Source: a virus
Lineage: Duplodnaviria; Caudoviricetes
DNA length: 64,000 nt
Reading direction: 5' to 3' (one strand)
IMG/VR virus record: IMGVR_UViG_3300049988_000286
Span: 64,001-128,000 of that record
The translations under genes were made by a program, and so were the position numbers. The notes below the pieces were generated by a model that was not told the DNA's origin, ran no database searches, and was given only the letters and a program-made list of their open reading frames with translations. Shown in pieces: positions 55,057 to 63,390 of this stretch (the stretch's first letter is position 1; each line of letters opens with the position of its first letter).

Positions 55057-56484
55057 ATGCGTAATCTTCTTCTCGGCGCTTCGGCGCTGATCGCAATCGC
55101 GGTTGCGGGTTCGGCTTCGGCGCAGAACATCTCGGTCCAGAGCAATCAGACCAACAACGCTACTGTCACCGCGAACACCGAGCTTCGCAACATCGAAGTC
55201 GGCACTCGTCCCACCACCACGACTTTCGTCGGCGGCAACCTGACCGGCACCGCGCTCGCGGTCGGCAACCTGATCCAGACTTCGGCTCCCATCGGTCAGG
55301 GCTTCTCGGAGGCTGCATCGAACAACGGCGGTGTCCTGTCGCCGCAGAACAACAGCGGCACGATCACTGCCAACGTCGGTTTCGGCTCCGGCGTCACTGC
55401 TGGCGTGACCAACGTAGCGGCCACCGCAATCGCCAACAACGCCCTTCTGTCGGGTGTGCAGGTACAGAACGCGGGTAGCCGTGTTGACGGCCAGTTCAAC
55501 AACGGTGCGGTCACGGCGAACACCACGCTCACCGGCGGTGGTTACAATGTCGGTAACCTGACTGCTGGATCGCTGGCGATCGGCAACAACTTCGTCGCAA
55601 CGGGTTCGGGTGCAGTCTACCTCGGCGCTGGTGCTGGCACCAACGGCGGTGCCCTCACCCAGACGAATCAGGCGGCGATCTCCGCTAACACGGTGTTCGT
55701 CAACGGCGGCAACTCGGGCGCTCTCGTCGCCAATGCCAATGCCATCGGTAACGCGTTCTCGCCGTCTGCCCCGGTGGTCAGCGTCGCAGTCACCCAGAAC
55801 AACAGCGGTCCGCAGAACGCCTACCTCGATGTGAAGCAGGGTTCGCAGTCCCTGAACGCTTCGGGTTCGGCAGTCGGCAACCTCATCGCGCCGACCGGTG
55901 GTTCGTTCAACGGGGTCAACCTCGTCCAGAGCAACTCGGCGGGTCAGACCTCGACGGTCACGGTGGGCAACACGCTTGCGGTGTTCAACGGCGGCAACAC
56001 CAACGTTAATTCGCTGGCTGTCGGCAACGCGATCCAGATTTCGCAGACCGGCGCTGTCGGGCTGGCAACCGGTTCGCAGACGAACACCGGGCCGCAGTCG
56101 GCGAGCGTCTCCGTTCCCGGTGGTGCAAGCTTCACGGGCGGGTCGGCCTTCGCTTCACAGGCGTTCGGTAACCTGATCGCGGTGAACACCGGTTCGACCT
56201 TCGGATCGGGCATTCCGCAGAACAATGCGGCGACTGTGACGGCATCCACGCGTATCGATACCGGTGCGTTCGGCCCCAGCACCACCGCCTCGTCGTTCGC
56301 GGCTGGCAACATCCTTCAGGTTCAGGCCGGTGGATCGGTTGAGGGCATCAACGGTTCTGCTAACCAGCTTAACACCGGGGCGATCAATTCGCTCACCTCG
56401 GTCACCGGTGGCCTGTTTGCGGGTAACCTCGCGGCATCGTCGCAGTCGATCGGTAACGTGACCAGCGTCACGATCGGCCGCTAA
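55057..56484 (+). CDS. secreted HfaD/curlin-like repeat protein
   Basis: Signal peptide plus nine ~45-50 aa repeats, each with QxNx(A/G) and (A/S)xAxGN. Confidence 0.7.
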   Translation: MRNLLLGASALIAIAVAGSASAQNISVQSNQTNNATVTANTELRNIEVGTRPTTTTFVGGNLTGTALAVGNLIQTSAPIGQGFSEAASNNGGVLSPQNNSGTITANVGFGSGVTAGVTNVAATAIANNALLSGVQVQNAGSRVDGQFNNGAVTANTTLTGGGYNVGNLTAGSLAIGNNFVATGSGAVYLGAGAGTNGGALTQTNQAAISANTVFVNGGNSGALVANANAIGNAFSPSAPVVSVAVTQNNSGPQNAYLDVKQGSQSLNASGSAVGNLIAPTGGSFNGVNLVQSNSAGQTSTVTVGNTLAVFNGGNTNVNSLAVGNAIQISQTGAVGLATGSQTNTGPQSASVSVPGGASFTGGSAFASQAFGNLIAVNTGSTFGSGIPQNNAATVTASTRIDTGAFGPSTTASSFAAGNILQVQAGGSVEGINGSANQLNTGAINSLTSVTGGLFAGNLAASSQSIGNVTSVTIGR

Positions 56485-56512
56485 CCCTCGCCCACACGGG
56501 CTAGGACCAAGG

Positions 56513-56545
56513 AGAGGGATCGGACCAACATCCGGTCCCTCTTTT
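56513..56545 (+). terminator. rho-independent terminator
   Basis: GAGGGATCGGA/TCCGGTCCCTC plus TTTT. Confidence 0.7.
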
Positions 56546-56556
56546 ACCAAGGAAAA

Positions 56557-56955
56557 GTGATGCTCCTGATCGCCCTGATGTTGCAAGCCACTGCTGTCGG
56601 CGAGACCGTCTCCCCCACGGTGGTGCGGGTCCGCGAAGTGCATCGAGTGGGTCAGCGCCTCACGGTCGATTACGAGATCGAGAATCGTTCAAAGACCCGC
56701 ATCCCGGTGCCGGTGCCTCCCGTGACGATCACCGACCCGGCGGGACGAAGCCTTCCCGTGGGGAAGCCCAGTGAGGGTGATGCTCCCAAGAGCGTCAAGA
56801 CCGAGATCGAACCCGGCCTCACGGTCGGTCAGTCGGTCTCCGTTGATCTCGGGCAGAACATCACCGCGACCGTCTATGGCATGAACCCGAAGACCTACAA
56901 CGAATCCACATGGTATTTCGTCGTCGGTGGGGACCGGGTGCCCTTCAGTTTCTAA
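56557..56955 (+). CDS. secreted Ig-like beta-sandwich protein (possible assembly accessory)
   Basis: Signal peptide; TVDYEIEN.S...ITDPAG...EI.PG.T. Confidence 0.55.
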   Translation: MMLLIALMLQATAVGETVSPTVVRVREVHRVGQRLTVDYEIENRSKTRIPVPVPPVTITDPAGRSLPVGKPSEGDAPKSVKTEIEPGLTVGQSVSVDLGQNITATVYGMNPKTYNESTWYFVVGGDRVPFSF

Positions 56956-57018
56956 TACGCGCCCACGGGCGTGTTAGAGACCGTCAAGTCTCTTCCCCAA
57001 TAGGTGCGACGGTCTTGG

Positions 57019-57046
57019 AAGAGCCGGAGGAGACTCCGGCTCTTTT
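57019..57046. terminator. bidirectional terminator
   Basis: AAGAGCCGGAG/CTCCGGCTCTT plus TT, between convergent genes. Confidence 0.7.
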
Positions 57047-57050
57047 CGTG

Positions 57051-57359
57051 TCAGACAAAAATGATCTTCATCGGGGCCGCGAGCCTCGCCGCCTTGTCGG
57101 CACGCTCCTGCGCGGTGATCTCGTTCAGGGACACGTAGCCCTTCTCGCGGAGGATCACGCCGGGCGCTTTCTTGGCATCGATCGCGGCGAAATACTCCTC
57201 GACCGTGAAGTTGGCGATCAGGAACTTGACGAAGTGGCGCGCATTCGCGGCGGGGCGCATATACTTGAAGCGGCCGACGAAGCGGCGATCCGGACCATAG
57301 GTCACGTAGCGCTCCGAACCCGAACCCATGTCGAACATCTTGGCGTTGAACTTGGTCAT
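57051..57359 (-). CDS. hypothetical protein
   Basis: AAGGAG RBS. Confidence 0.75.
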   Translation of the reverse strand: MTKFNAKMFDMGSGSERYVTYGPDRRFVGRFKYMRPAANARHFVKFLIANFTVEEYFAAIDAKKAPGVILREKGYVSLNEITAQERADKAARLAAPMKIIFV

Positions 57360-57419
57360 GCGTGTTCTCCTTGAACACGCCTATACGCAGTTCGTCACCG
57401 CAGTGCAAGCACTAATTGA

Positions 57420-58238
57420 TTATCCCGAATAGCCGATCTTCGACAATACCGTATAGAGGCCGCGCATCGCTTTGTCGGTGGTGGGCTTGACCGTCGCGGC
57501 CATCCGGGGATTGTGATAGAAATAATTGATTTCCGTGTCCGCGCTCCGGATAAGGGGGAAGTCCTCGAAGCCATATCCGGCATTGCTGCCAGTCTTCATC
57601 TCGATCCAGATACCGAGACGCAGTGCTCGCCCCGATCCATGATTGACGTTCTGCAATCCCACTTCCTGCACGCTGTCCCGATATTCCTTCTTCCACAGGG
57701 TCATGAAGGGAGGACTACCATCCTTCTCAAGGATGGGGAGATCGCCGATGTGGGTCAGTGAGGCCAAGCGGTCGAATTGTTTCCAGCCGTGGAACTCATC
57801 CTCGGATGCCGGTGTGAGGCGCGTCTCGCGGGTGCGCCGCTTGCGCGCTGCCCAGAAGGCCTTGGCCTCGCTCGACTGCGCCTGTAGCGCGGCATCACCA
57901 ATCGAACCATCGGCGGGGTGGACGATGTAACCATGGGCTTCAAGGTGGTCGAGCATCGCGGTGTAGAGGCCGAACCTCTTAAATTGATCTTCCACCACCG
58001 ATTTATACGGCACGACGTTCATACCGTTTGCTCCCGCGATCTGCGGACCCTCCGGGATGACCAAGGTCTGCGCTACCTTCTCACGCGCGGGCCGGAAGAT
58101 GTTCTCTAAAGCGACGTAGGCTTCGCACAGCACGCCGCCGTGGGCGGGTCGATGGCTGATGTAGAAGACAGGGCCGCGCTCATCGTAGCGGCTATAGGCT
58201 TTGAGGGTGGATCGTTCTAGAAGCTGGGTGGCACGCAT
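57420..58238 (-). CDS. GNAT-like domain protein with short leader
   Basis: MRATQLLE; DQFKRFGLYTAM.D.L...QS.EAKAFW; TAAATA-N4-ATG. Confidence 0.55.
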   Translation of the reverse strand: MRATQLLERSTLKAYSRYDERGPVFYISHRPAHGGVLCEAYVALENIFRPAREKVAQTLVIPEGPQIAGANGMNVVPYKSVVEDQFKRFGLYTAMLDHLEAHGYIVHPADGSIGDAALQAQSSEAKAFWAARKRRTRETRLTPASEDEFHGWKQFDRLASLTHIGDLPILEKDGSPPFMTLWKKEYRDSVQEVGLQNVNHGSGRALRLGIWIEMKTGSNAGYGFEDFPLIRSADTEINYFYHNPRMAATVKPTTDKAMRGLYTVLSKIGYSG

Positions 58239-58245
58239 CGCATAT

Positions 58246-58521
58246 TTATTCGCGCCACCACAGCAAATGCTCGCCATCGAAATTGTCGCGGACGAGGACG
58301 AAGATGGGTTGCGAGGCGTCGCTACGGATGAAGTGCGTGACTTCGGTGGAGAGACGCTGGGGCGAGCAATTATCCAGACCGACAATCTCGTAGCCGGGAC
58401 CGAGTTGTAGCTGGATATTAGGCGCATGGGTGCTGCGCATCACGAGCGGTTTGCCTCCGAGGAGACGCGTGACCGTTTCCTTGATGTCAGAGGCGTCGCG
58501 AAGTAGTGCGAAGTCAATCAT
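58246..58521 (-). CDS. hypothetical protein
   Basis: ATGA overlap. Confidence 0.55.
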   Translation of the reverse strand: MIDFALLRDASDIKETVTRLLGGKPLVMRSTHAPNIQLQLGPGYEIVGLDNCSPQRLSTEVTHFIRSDASQPIFVLVRDNFDGEHLLWWRE

Positions 58522-59075
58522 CGCCATCGCAGGTAAAAGAGGTCGGCGTCGGTTTCGTTGACGAAGCCAACAAGCTTGATATCCGGGTCGCGCCCACTCC
58601 AACGGCTAGCGGTGACCTCGTAGAGGTCGCGCTCTACATTCTCGGCGAGCCAGTCAAGGACTTCCAGCGTGCCCTTGTCCAGACCCAGAGCGCACCACCA
58701 CGAATAATAGTGATGCTCGCCGATCTGGATTATAGTCTTGGTAGGGGGTGAGAGATAATCGCCGGTGATCATCAACGCATTACCGATACAGCGCACCAGC
58801 GTCCCCGCCGCTCCTGCTTCGTACTGGACGTAGACCTGACCTTCATCGGGTTCTTGGAAAACCACGCGACCACGCTGGCCAGCGCCGTTCATCACGGGCG
58901 CGCCAACGGGAAAGAGACCGTGGCGGGCCTCCCGTTTGTTCTCGTCCCGCTCTACCCCCTCATAGTCGAGCAACGAGGCATCGCGCCAATGCCCGCCGTC
59001 TCGCACCTGCATGACCATGACGGTGCGGCGGAAGAAACCGATCCTCCGCTCGACTGCGCGGCTCTCCAGCTTCAC
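58518..59075 (-). CDS. DAxLF domain protein with N-terminal SH3/KOW-like part
   Basis: WLAENVE...FVNETDADLFYLRWR. Confidence 0.65.
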   Translation of the reverse strand: MKLESRAVERRIGFFRRTVMVMQVRDGGHWRDASLLDYEGVERDENKREARHGLFPVGAPVMNGAGQRGRVVFQEPDEGQVYVQYEAGAAGTLVRCIGNALMITGDYLSPPTKTIIQIGEHHYYSWWCALGLDKGTLEVLDWLAENVERDLYEVTASRWSGRDPDIKLVGFVNETDADLFYLRWR

Positions 59076-59245
59076 GCCAGCGAACGCCGACACTCCGCCA
59101 TCGTCGGGAAGATGTCCCCGGCGTTGCGACTGCCCTTGGGCCAATACTGGAAACCGCCCTCGACGGTTTTGATGGTGCCCGCCATGCGGCGACCGATCTT
59201 GACGGTGGTGCCACGGAGACCATCGGTGAAGGTAATTGCGTCCAT
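59072..59245 (-). CDS. small hypothetical protein (not in ORF track)
   Basis: 57 aa, AAGGAG RBS, GTGA overlap. Confidence 0.65.
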   Translation of the reverse strand: MDAITFTDGLRGTTVKIGRRMAGTIKTVEGGFQYWPKGSRNAGDIFPTMAECRRSLA

Positions 59246-59289
59246 GTCTCTTCTCCTTGACCCTACCTATAAACGATTATATCGAACTG

Positions 59290-59493
59290 TCAAGCGAAAG
59301 GCCATGGGACGGGGAACGTAACGGTAACGACGATTGCCGCCGTGATGCACAGCACATTCACAACGATCGCGGCGAAGAGATTTTCCCTTTGCACGTCTCG
59401 GTCGCATTTCTTCCATGTCGCGTATGCAACTGCGACAAGAAAACAGTAGAAGGCGAGCAGCACTACCGCGCACGCCAGCCATGCGAAGATCAC
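59290..59493 (-). CDS. small membrane protein
   Basis: Two TM helices. Confidence 0.65.
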   Translation of the reverse strand: MIFAWLACAVVLLAFYCFLVAVAYATWKKCDRDVQRENLFAAIVVNVLCITAAIVVTVTFPVPWPFA

Positions 59494-60365
59494 ACCGCCA
59501 CCCGATCAAAGCCCTTGAGCGTCTCCGCCCGCACCCGCTCACCGAGATCGCGATCATGGAAGCGACGCATCGAGATCGTCCGGTGGTTTGCGAAAGGCAC
59601 CATGGGCATCGTAAAGCCATCGGCGATCCCGGCCTCGATCGCATCAAGGGCCTCGTCCTTCGTCCAGCTATAGATGCCGGAGGCGGGGTTGCGAACCTCC
59701 GTGGTGCGACCCACGGATTCCGCATAACCGGTCTCCTCCGCGATGCTGCTGAACACCAGCGGCTCACCGTGCGCCTCGCGCCAGACGTTGCCCCGCGACT
59801 CCAAGGTTAGCGATTCCAAACCGCGCGAGGTCGAGTAAGCGGATTGACCCGTCACCAGATCATACGCGGAGAGGTTGTAACAGTCGGCCTTCTGCGGACC
59901 CCAGCCACCATAACTGATGCCCTGAACGATAAAGTATTCCCGGCGCTCGCCCGCAACTGTGACGCGATCCCCTTCCCAGAACGGCGTGTCGGGGAGATCG
60001 CCGATTCGGACGGAATTGCGGAAATAATCACCGCGCGCAATCGTGCACTTGATCTCGTGATTGATCCACTCATCACGACGCTGCTGCTCGGTAATGGGAT
60101 CGGCGAAGTTGATGTAATTGTTCCAGCCCTGCACGTCCTCGTCCGCGCCATCGAAGCGCAAGATCGAGGTGCCGTCCTGTTCGTAGATGCCGGGCTCGCG
60201 GAATGCGCGACCCACGCCGGTGCGCGACTCATGGCGAATGAACCGCGTCTTGCCTACGATCGTGCCGACCGCACCATCGTCGGGGACACCTCGGCCATGC
60301 CAGCCACGCGTCTCCCGATCCATGTTGAAGACGATCCGGTCACCGATGCGAGCATTGTCGAGCAT
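59490..60365 (-). CDS. hypothetical protein (SH3-like repeats)
   Basis: AAGGAG RBS; IGDRI / EGDRVTV motifs. Confidence 0.7.
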   Translation of the reverse strand: MLDNARIGDRIVFNMDRETRGWHGRGVPDDGAVGTIVGKTRFIRHESRTGVGRAFREPGIYEQDGTSILRFDGADEDVQGWNNYINFADPITEQQRRDEWINHEIKCTIARGDYFRNSVRIGDLPDTPFWEGDRVTVAGERREYFIVQGISYGGWGPQKADCYNLSAYDLVTGQSAYSTSRGLESLTLESRGNVWREAHGEPLVFSSIAEETGYAESVGRTTEVRNPASGIYSWTKDEALDAIEAGIADGFTMPMVPFANHRTISMRRFHDRDLGERVRAETLKGFDRVAV

Positions 60366-60427
60366 GTTGATCTCCTTGCGCCGCCTATACGATTAATCAC
60401 CACGAACTGTCAACGCCTAAATATCGC

Positions 60428-61177
60428 ATGAGCGTATTCCAAGGACCGGGCCGGGGTGGCGCGGGCACACCGAGTAGTGGTGGCCCGGATGCTGTCGAGG
60501 GCATCAATCTCGACATGGAGGAAATGTCGCAGACCGAGCGGATGAACTACCTCACGGCTCGGCTGGGCAGCGCCGACATGGCAGCCGCCTACCTGCGATC
60601 CAGTGTTGGTGCTGATCCCGCCGTGGAGGGGGAGGCCGTGTCTGGAATTGATCAGACATCGAAGGTGGTGGGTTGTCAGGAATTCAACGACTCCACCCCA
60701 TTATCGACCCGCATCTCCAAACACTATAGTCTCGCGATGTTGAGCAGCAACACCGCTTACTCCCGCTACCCGATCGTCCCCCATTCCGGCTTGAGCAAGG
60801 CCGCGATCATGTGCAATCTCAAGCACCTCGCGGTCAATTCCCTCGATATGATCCGTGACTGGCATCCCGCCGCCAAAGTTGGCTCGGGATTCCGCTCCAA
60901 CTCCTCCACTGATCACGGCAAGGGAAGCGCTGCCGACCTCTACTTCTACAACAAGGGTTCGACGCAGCGGATGAACGTCAAGGGACTGGTTGAGGTAGCC
61001 CGGTATCTCATCCATGATCTCAAGGTGCCCTTTACCCAGATGCTCGTAGAGTCGAGTGGAAACGGCACGGGATGGATACATATCGCCAATCGTCGCGCGG
61101 GGAACAACTCCGCAATGCGGGTTGGCTATTCGCTCAACAACGGCGGCAGCTTCCATCCCGGTCTGCCCAAGCTTTGA
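60428..61177 (+). CDS. peptidase M15-like Zn cell-wall peptidase
   Basis: HFSL-like HYSLAML, SGFRS...S.H..G.AADL, WIHI; TAAATA-N4-ATG. Confidence 0.8.
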   Translation: MSVFQGPGRGGAGTPSSGGPDAVEGINLDMEEMSQTERMNYLTARLGSADMAAAYLRSSVGADPAVEGEAVSGIDQTSKVVGCQEFNDSTPLSTRISKHYSLAMLSSNTAYSRYPIVPHSGLSKAAIMCNLKHLAVNSLDMIRDWHPAAKVGSGFRSNSSTDHGKGSAADLYFYNKGSTQRMNVKGLVEVARYLIHDLKVPFTQMLVESSGNGTGWIHIANRRAGNNSAMRVGYSLNNGGSFHPGLPKL

Positions 61178-61189
61178 TCTAAATAGTCG

Positions 61190-61402
61190 ATGAGAAACTG
61201 GATTGATCTGATGAGCGAGAATGCCCTCACCCCCCATGATGTGATGTTTCGTCGGCATCAGCGTGAAGGTGCGGCCAAGCATCTAGCCGACTATGGCCAA
61301 CAGCTTACTCTCGACGACTTCATGAACATGCGCTACGGGCAGCCCGAAGATGAGGCGCAAGCCGACTACGATCACTTCGTGAGCACTGGTGAGATTCGTT
61401 AA
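61190..61402 (+). CDS. small protein with MRxxIxL leader
   Basis: MRNWIDLMSE; TAAATA-N4-ATG. Confidence 0.7.
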   Translation: MRNWIDLMSENALTPHDVMFRRHQREGAAKHLADYGQQLTLDDFMNMRYGQPEDEAQADYDHFVSTGEIR

Positions 61403-61405
61403 GCC

Positions 61406-61792
61406 ATGCTGCTACGAGACCTCATGGAACGCCGCGATACCACAACCGACTGGGGGTATTGGATCACACCGTTGGGTGCCTATTACCCCGTAGGTTCGCA
61501 CGGTCACGAAGCCTATATTCGCAAAGAAGAAGGTATGACCTCCGGTCAGGCGATGATCCGGGGCTGGGTCCGAGTGGTGACCGCCAACATGTTTCAGGTC
61601 GAGGCGTGCTTTGATCTCCTGTCATCGCGTGCCAAGGCGACGATGGTCCGGCTAGCCCGTCAGGGCGACTATCATCAGTTCGTCGCTGACGTTTATCGCG
61701 ATGACGGGCAGTATAGCGTCAACCGCTACGCGATCCTGCACGATTTTCTGCGCGGGATCGAGGCATTGTCTCACGCTAGCGAGACGGTCTGA
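61406..61792 (+). CDS. hypothetical protein with short leader
   Basis: MLLRDLME; YWITP.G...H...I...GWVRV. Confidence 0.7.
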   Translation: MLLRDLMERRDTTTDWGYWITPLGAYYPVGSHGHEAYIRKEEGMTSGQAMIRGWVRVVTANMFQVEACFDLLSSRAKATMVRLARQGDYHQFVADVYRDDGQYSVNRYAILHDFLRGIEALSHASETV

Positions 61793-62133
61793 TCCCTCCG
61801 CGCCACTCGCGCGTGATCATTGGGAATCTTGATCTCTTTGTCGCCGGGGTTGGCGCGGTGATAGGCGTGAATGGCATAACCATCGATGACCCATCCCTGC
61901 CGCTCAATCTCCGCCAAGACATCCAGCCCGCCATCATCGATGAGGATGAACCAGAGGGGGTTGCTGCCGTACCACTGCTCCGATAGCGGTGTGACGATGT
62001 AGCTGCCACCAGCGCGGTAAGTCTGGTCGCTGAAATTGTCGTTGAGCCACGCGAGGAACTCGGGCTTGCGATCGATCGACGGGTTGCCGGGAATGCGTTC
62101 AAAACATAGACGGATCATAGGAGGGCCTTTCAT
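61771..62133 (-). CDS. hypothetical protein (DAxLF-like N-terminal half)
   Basis: FLAWLNDNF. Confidence 0.5.
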   Translation of the reverse strand: MKGPPMIRLCFERIPGNPSIDRKPEFLAWLNDNFSDQTYRAGGSYIVTPLSEQWYGSNPLWFILIDDGGLDVLAEIERQGWVIDGYAIHAYHRANPGDKEIKIPNDHARVARRDQTVSLA

Positions 62134-62205
62134 AGACGGTCACCTTACTGGCTCGGTGGATCGAATCTCAACTTGTTTTTTCCGCGCGAACTGCTACACG
62201 GAGGT

Positions 62206-62493
62206 ATGGCGAAGAGCGTAGAGATCGAGGTTGAGAAGACGGGGCAGCAGGCCTGTGACCTCATGGCGTGGTGCCGCGAGAACTCCATACCCGCGCTGGT
62301 GTGCTGGCTTGAAATGGTCGGCGATGGTGAGAACTCGATCAAACAGAACCTCTTCATCGGAACGCGCAGCTACAAGGAGCGGGCGATGGCTCACGCGATG
62401 GCTCACGACGCGTTAGAGTATAAAGACCCGCTGATCTTTTTCATTCGAGTCCGTGAACGCGACGCGACCCTCTTCTCTCTGCGAGCGCTTTAA
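62206..62493 (+). CDS. DAxLF family member (tandem duplicate A)
   Basis: WCRENSIPALVC...RVRERDATLFSLRA. Confidence 0.7.
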   Translation: MAKSVEIEVEKTGQQACDLMAWCRENSIPALVCWLEMVGDGENSIKQNLFIGTRSYKERAMAHAMAHDALEYKDPLIFFIRVRERDATLFSLRAL

Positions 62494-62777
62494 TGATGAA
62501 GAACCGACAAATCGAATTGGAAAAGAGCCCGCTTGAAATGTGCGCTCTGATGCTGTGGTGTCGCGAAAACGGCATCCCGGCCCTTGTCTGTTTCGTTACC
62601 GTGACTACCCCTGACCTCGGTTACACGTGGAAGGATGTGAATAACTTTGTCGGCACACGAAAATATCTGGAAGCCGGGCACCTCCTAACTGATCCTTTGG
62701 AGGACAATCAATCGCACCCGTTCTTCGTGCGCGTCCGCGATCGTGACCGATCGCTCTTTCTGGTCCGCGCTCGCTAA
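62493..62777 (+). CDS. DAxLF family member (tandem duplicate B)
   Basis: WCRENGIPALVC...RVRDRDRSLFLVRA. Confidence 0.7.
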   Translation: MMKNRQIELEKSPLEMCALMLWCRENGIPALVCFVTVTTPDLGYTWKDVNNFVGTRKYLEAGHLLTDPLEDNQSHPFFVRVRDRDRSLFLVRAR

Positions 62778-62835
62778 TATGGCGGTGAGACCGCGCCGGG
62801 AGTATCATTGCCGTTCAACTATTTGAGGCTTTGAT

Positions 62836-63012
62836 ATGATCTCCACCCTTCTGACTGTCCTTATTGTCGTGCTCGTTGCGGCACTGATATGCTGGCTCCT
62901 CTTCCTTGGTGTTGATCGCACCGGCATCCCCTATCCCTTCAACGTCGTGGCCAAGGTAGTGGTATTCATCGCCGCGCTGGTTTTGACTGGACAATATTTC
63001 CACATCCTGTAA
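62836..63012 (+). CDS. small two-TM membrane protein
   Basis: 58 aa hydrophobic, IP.PF..V motif, GAGG RBS. Confidence 0.6.
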   Translation: MISTLLTVLIVVLVAALICWLLFLGVDRTGIPYPFNVVAKVVVFIAALVLTGQYFHIL

Positions 63013-63021
63013 GGCAAAGTG

Positions 63022-63390
63022 ATGAGCGACACCAAATACATCATGCGCCATGGCATCTTTGTCATCTTCTCGAAGTATCTCGGTGTCGAGCATCAGCAGA
63101 TGGCCCGCATGGTCTGGCGGGACGGTGAGGTCACCAGTGCGGGCTTCGCCCTTCATGGCTACGGCGAATTCCAGTGCTATGGTCGGAGCATCTCGACCGG
63201 GAAGCGCTCCGCCCCGGAGGATGAGGGCCTGATCGCCAAGGCGTTCGAGGACGGCAAGATGGTGATGTGCTACCTCGACATGCCGTCCGTTGACGGCTGG
63301 GTGGCGACTAACGATCCCTCGCTCTTCCCCGGAGCGACGCAGCGAGCCGCCACCGAGTCGCTCCTCCACGATCTCAAGATTTTCTCGTGA
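63022..63390 (+). CDS. hypothetical protein
   Basis: KYI...IF...V.H..M...SAGF...C.G.S.S. Confidence 0.7.
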   Translation: MSDTKYIMRHGIFVIFSKYLGVEHQQMARMVWRDGEVTSAGFALHGYGEFQCYGRSISTGKRSAPEDEGLIAKAFEDGKMVMCYLDMPSVDGWVATNDPSLFPGATQRAATESLLHDLKIFS

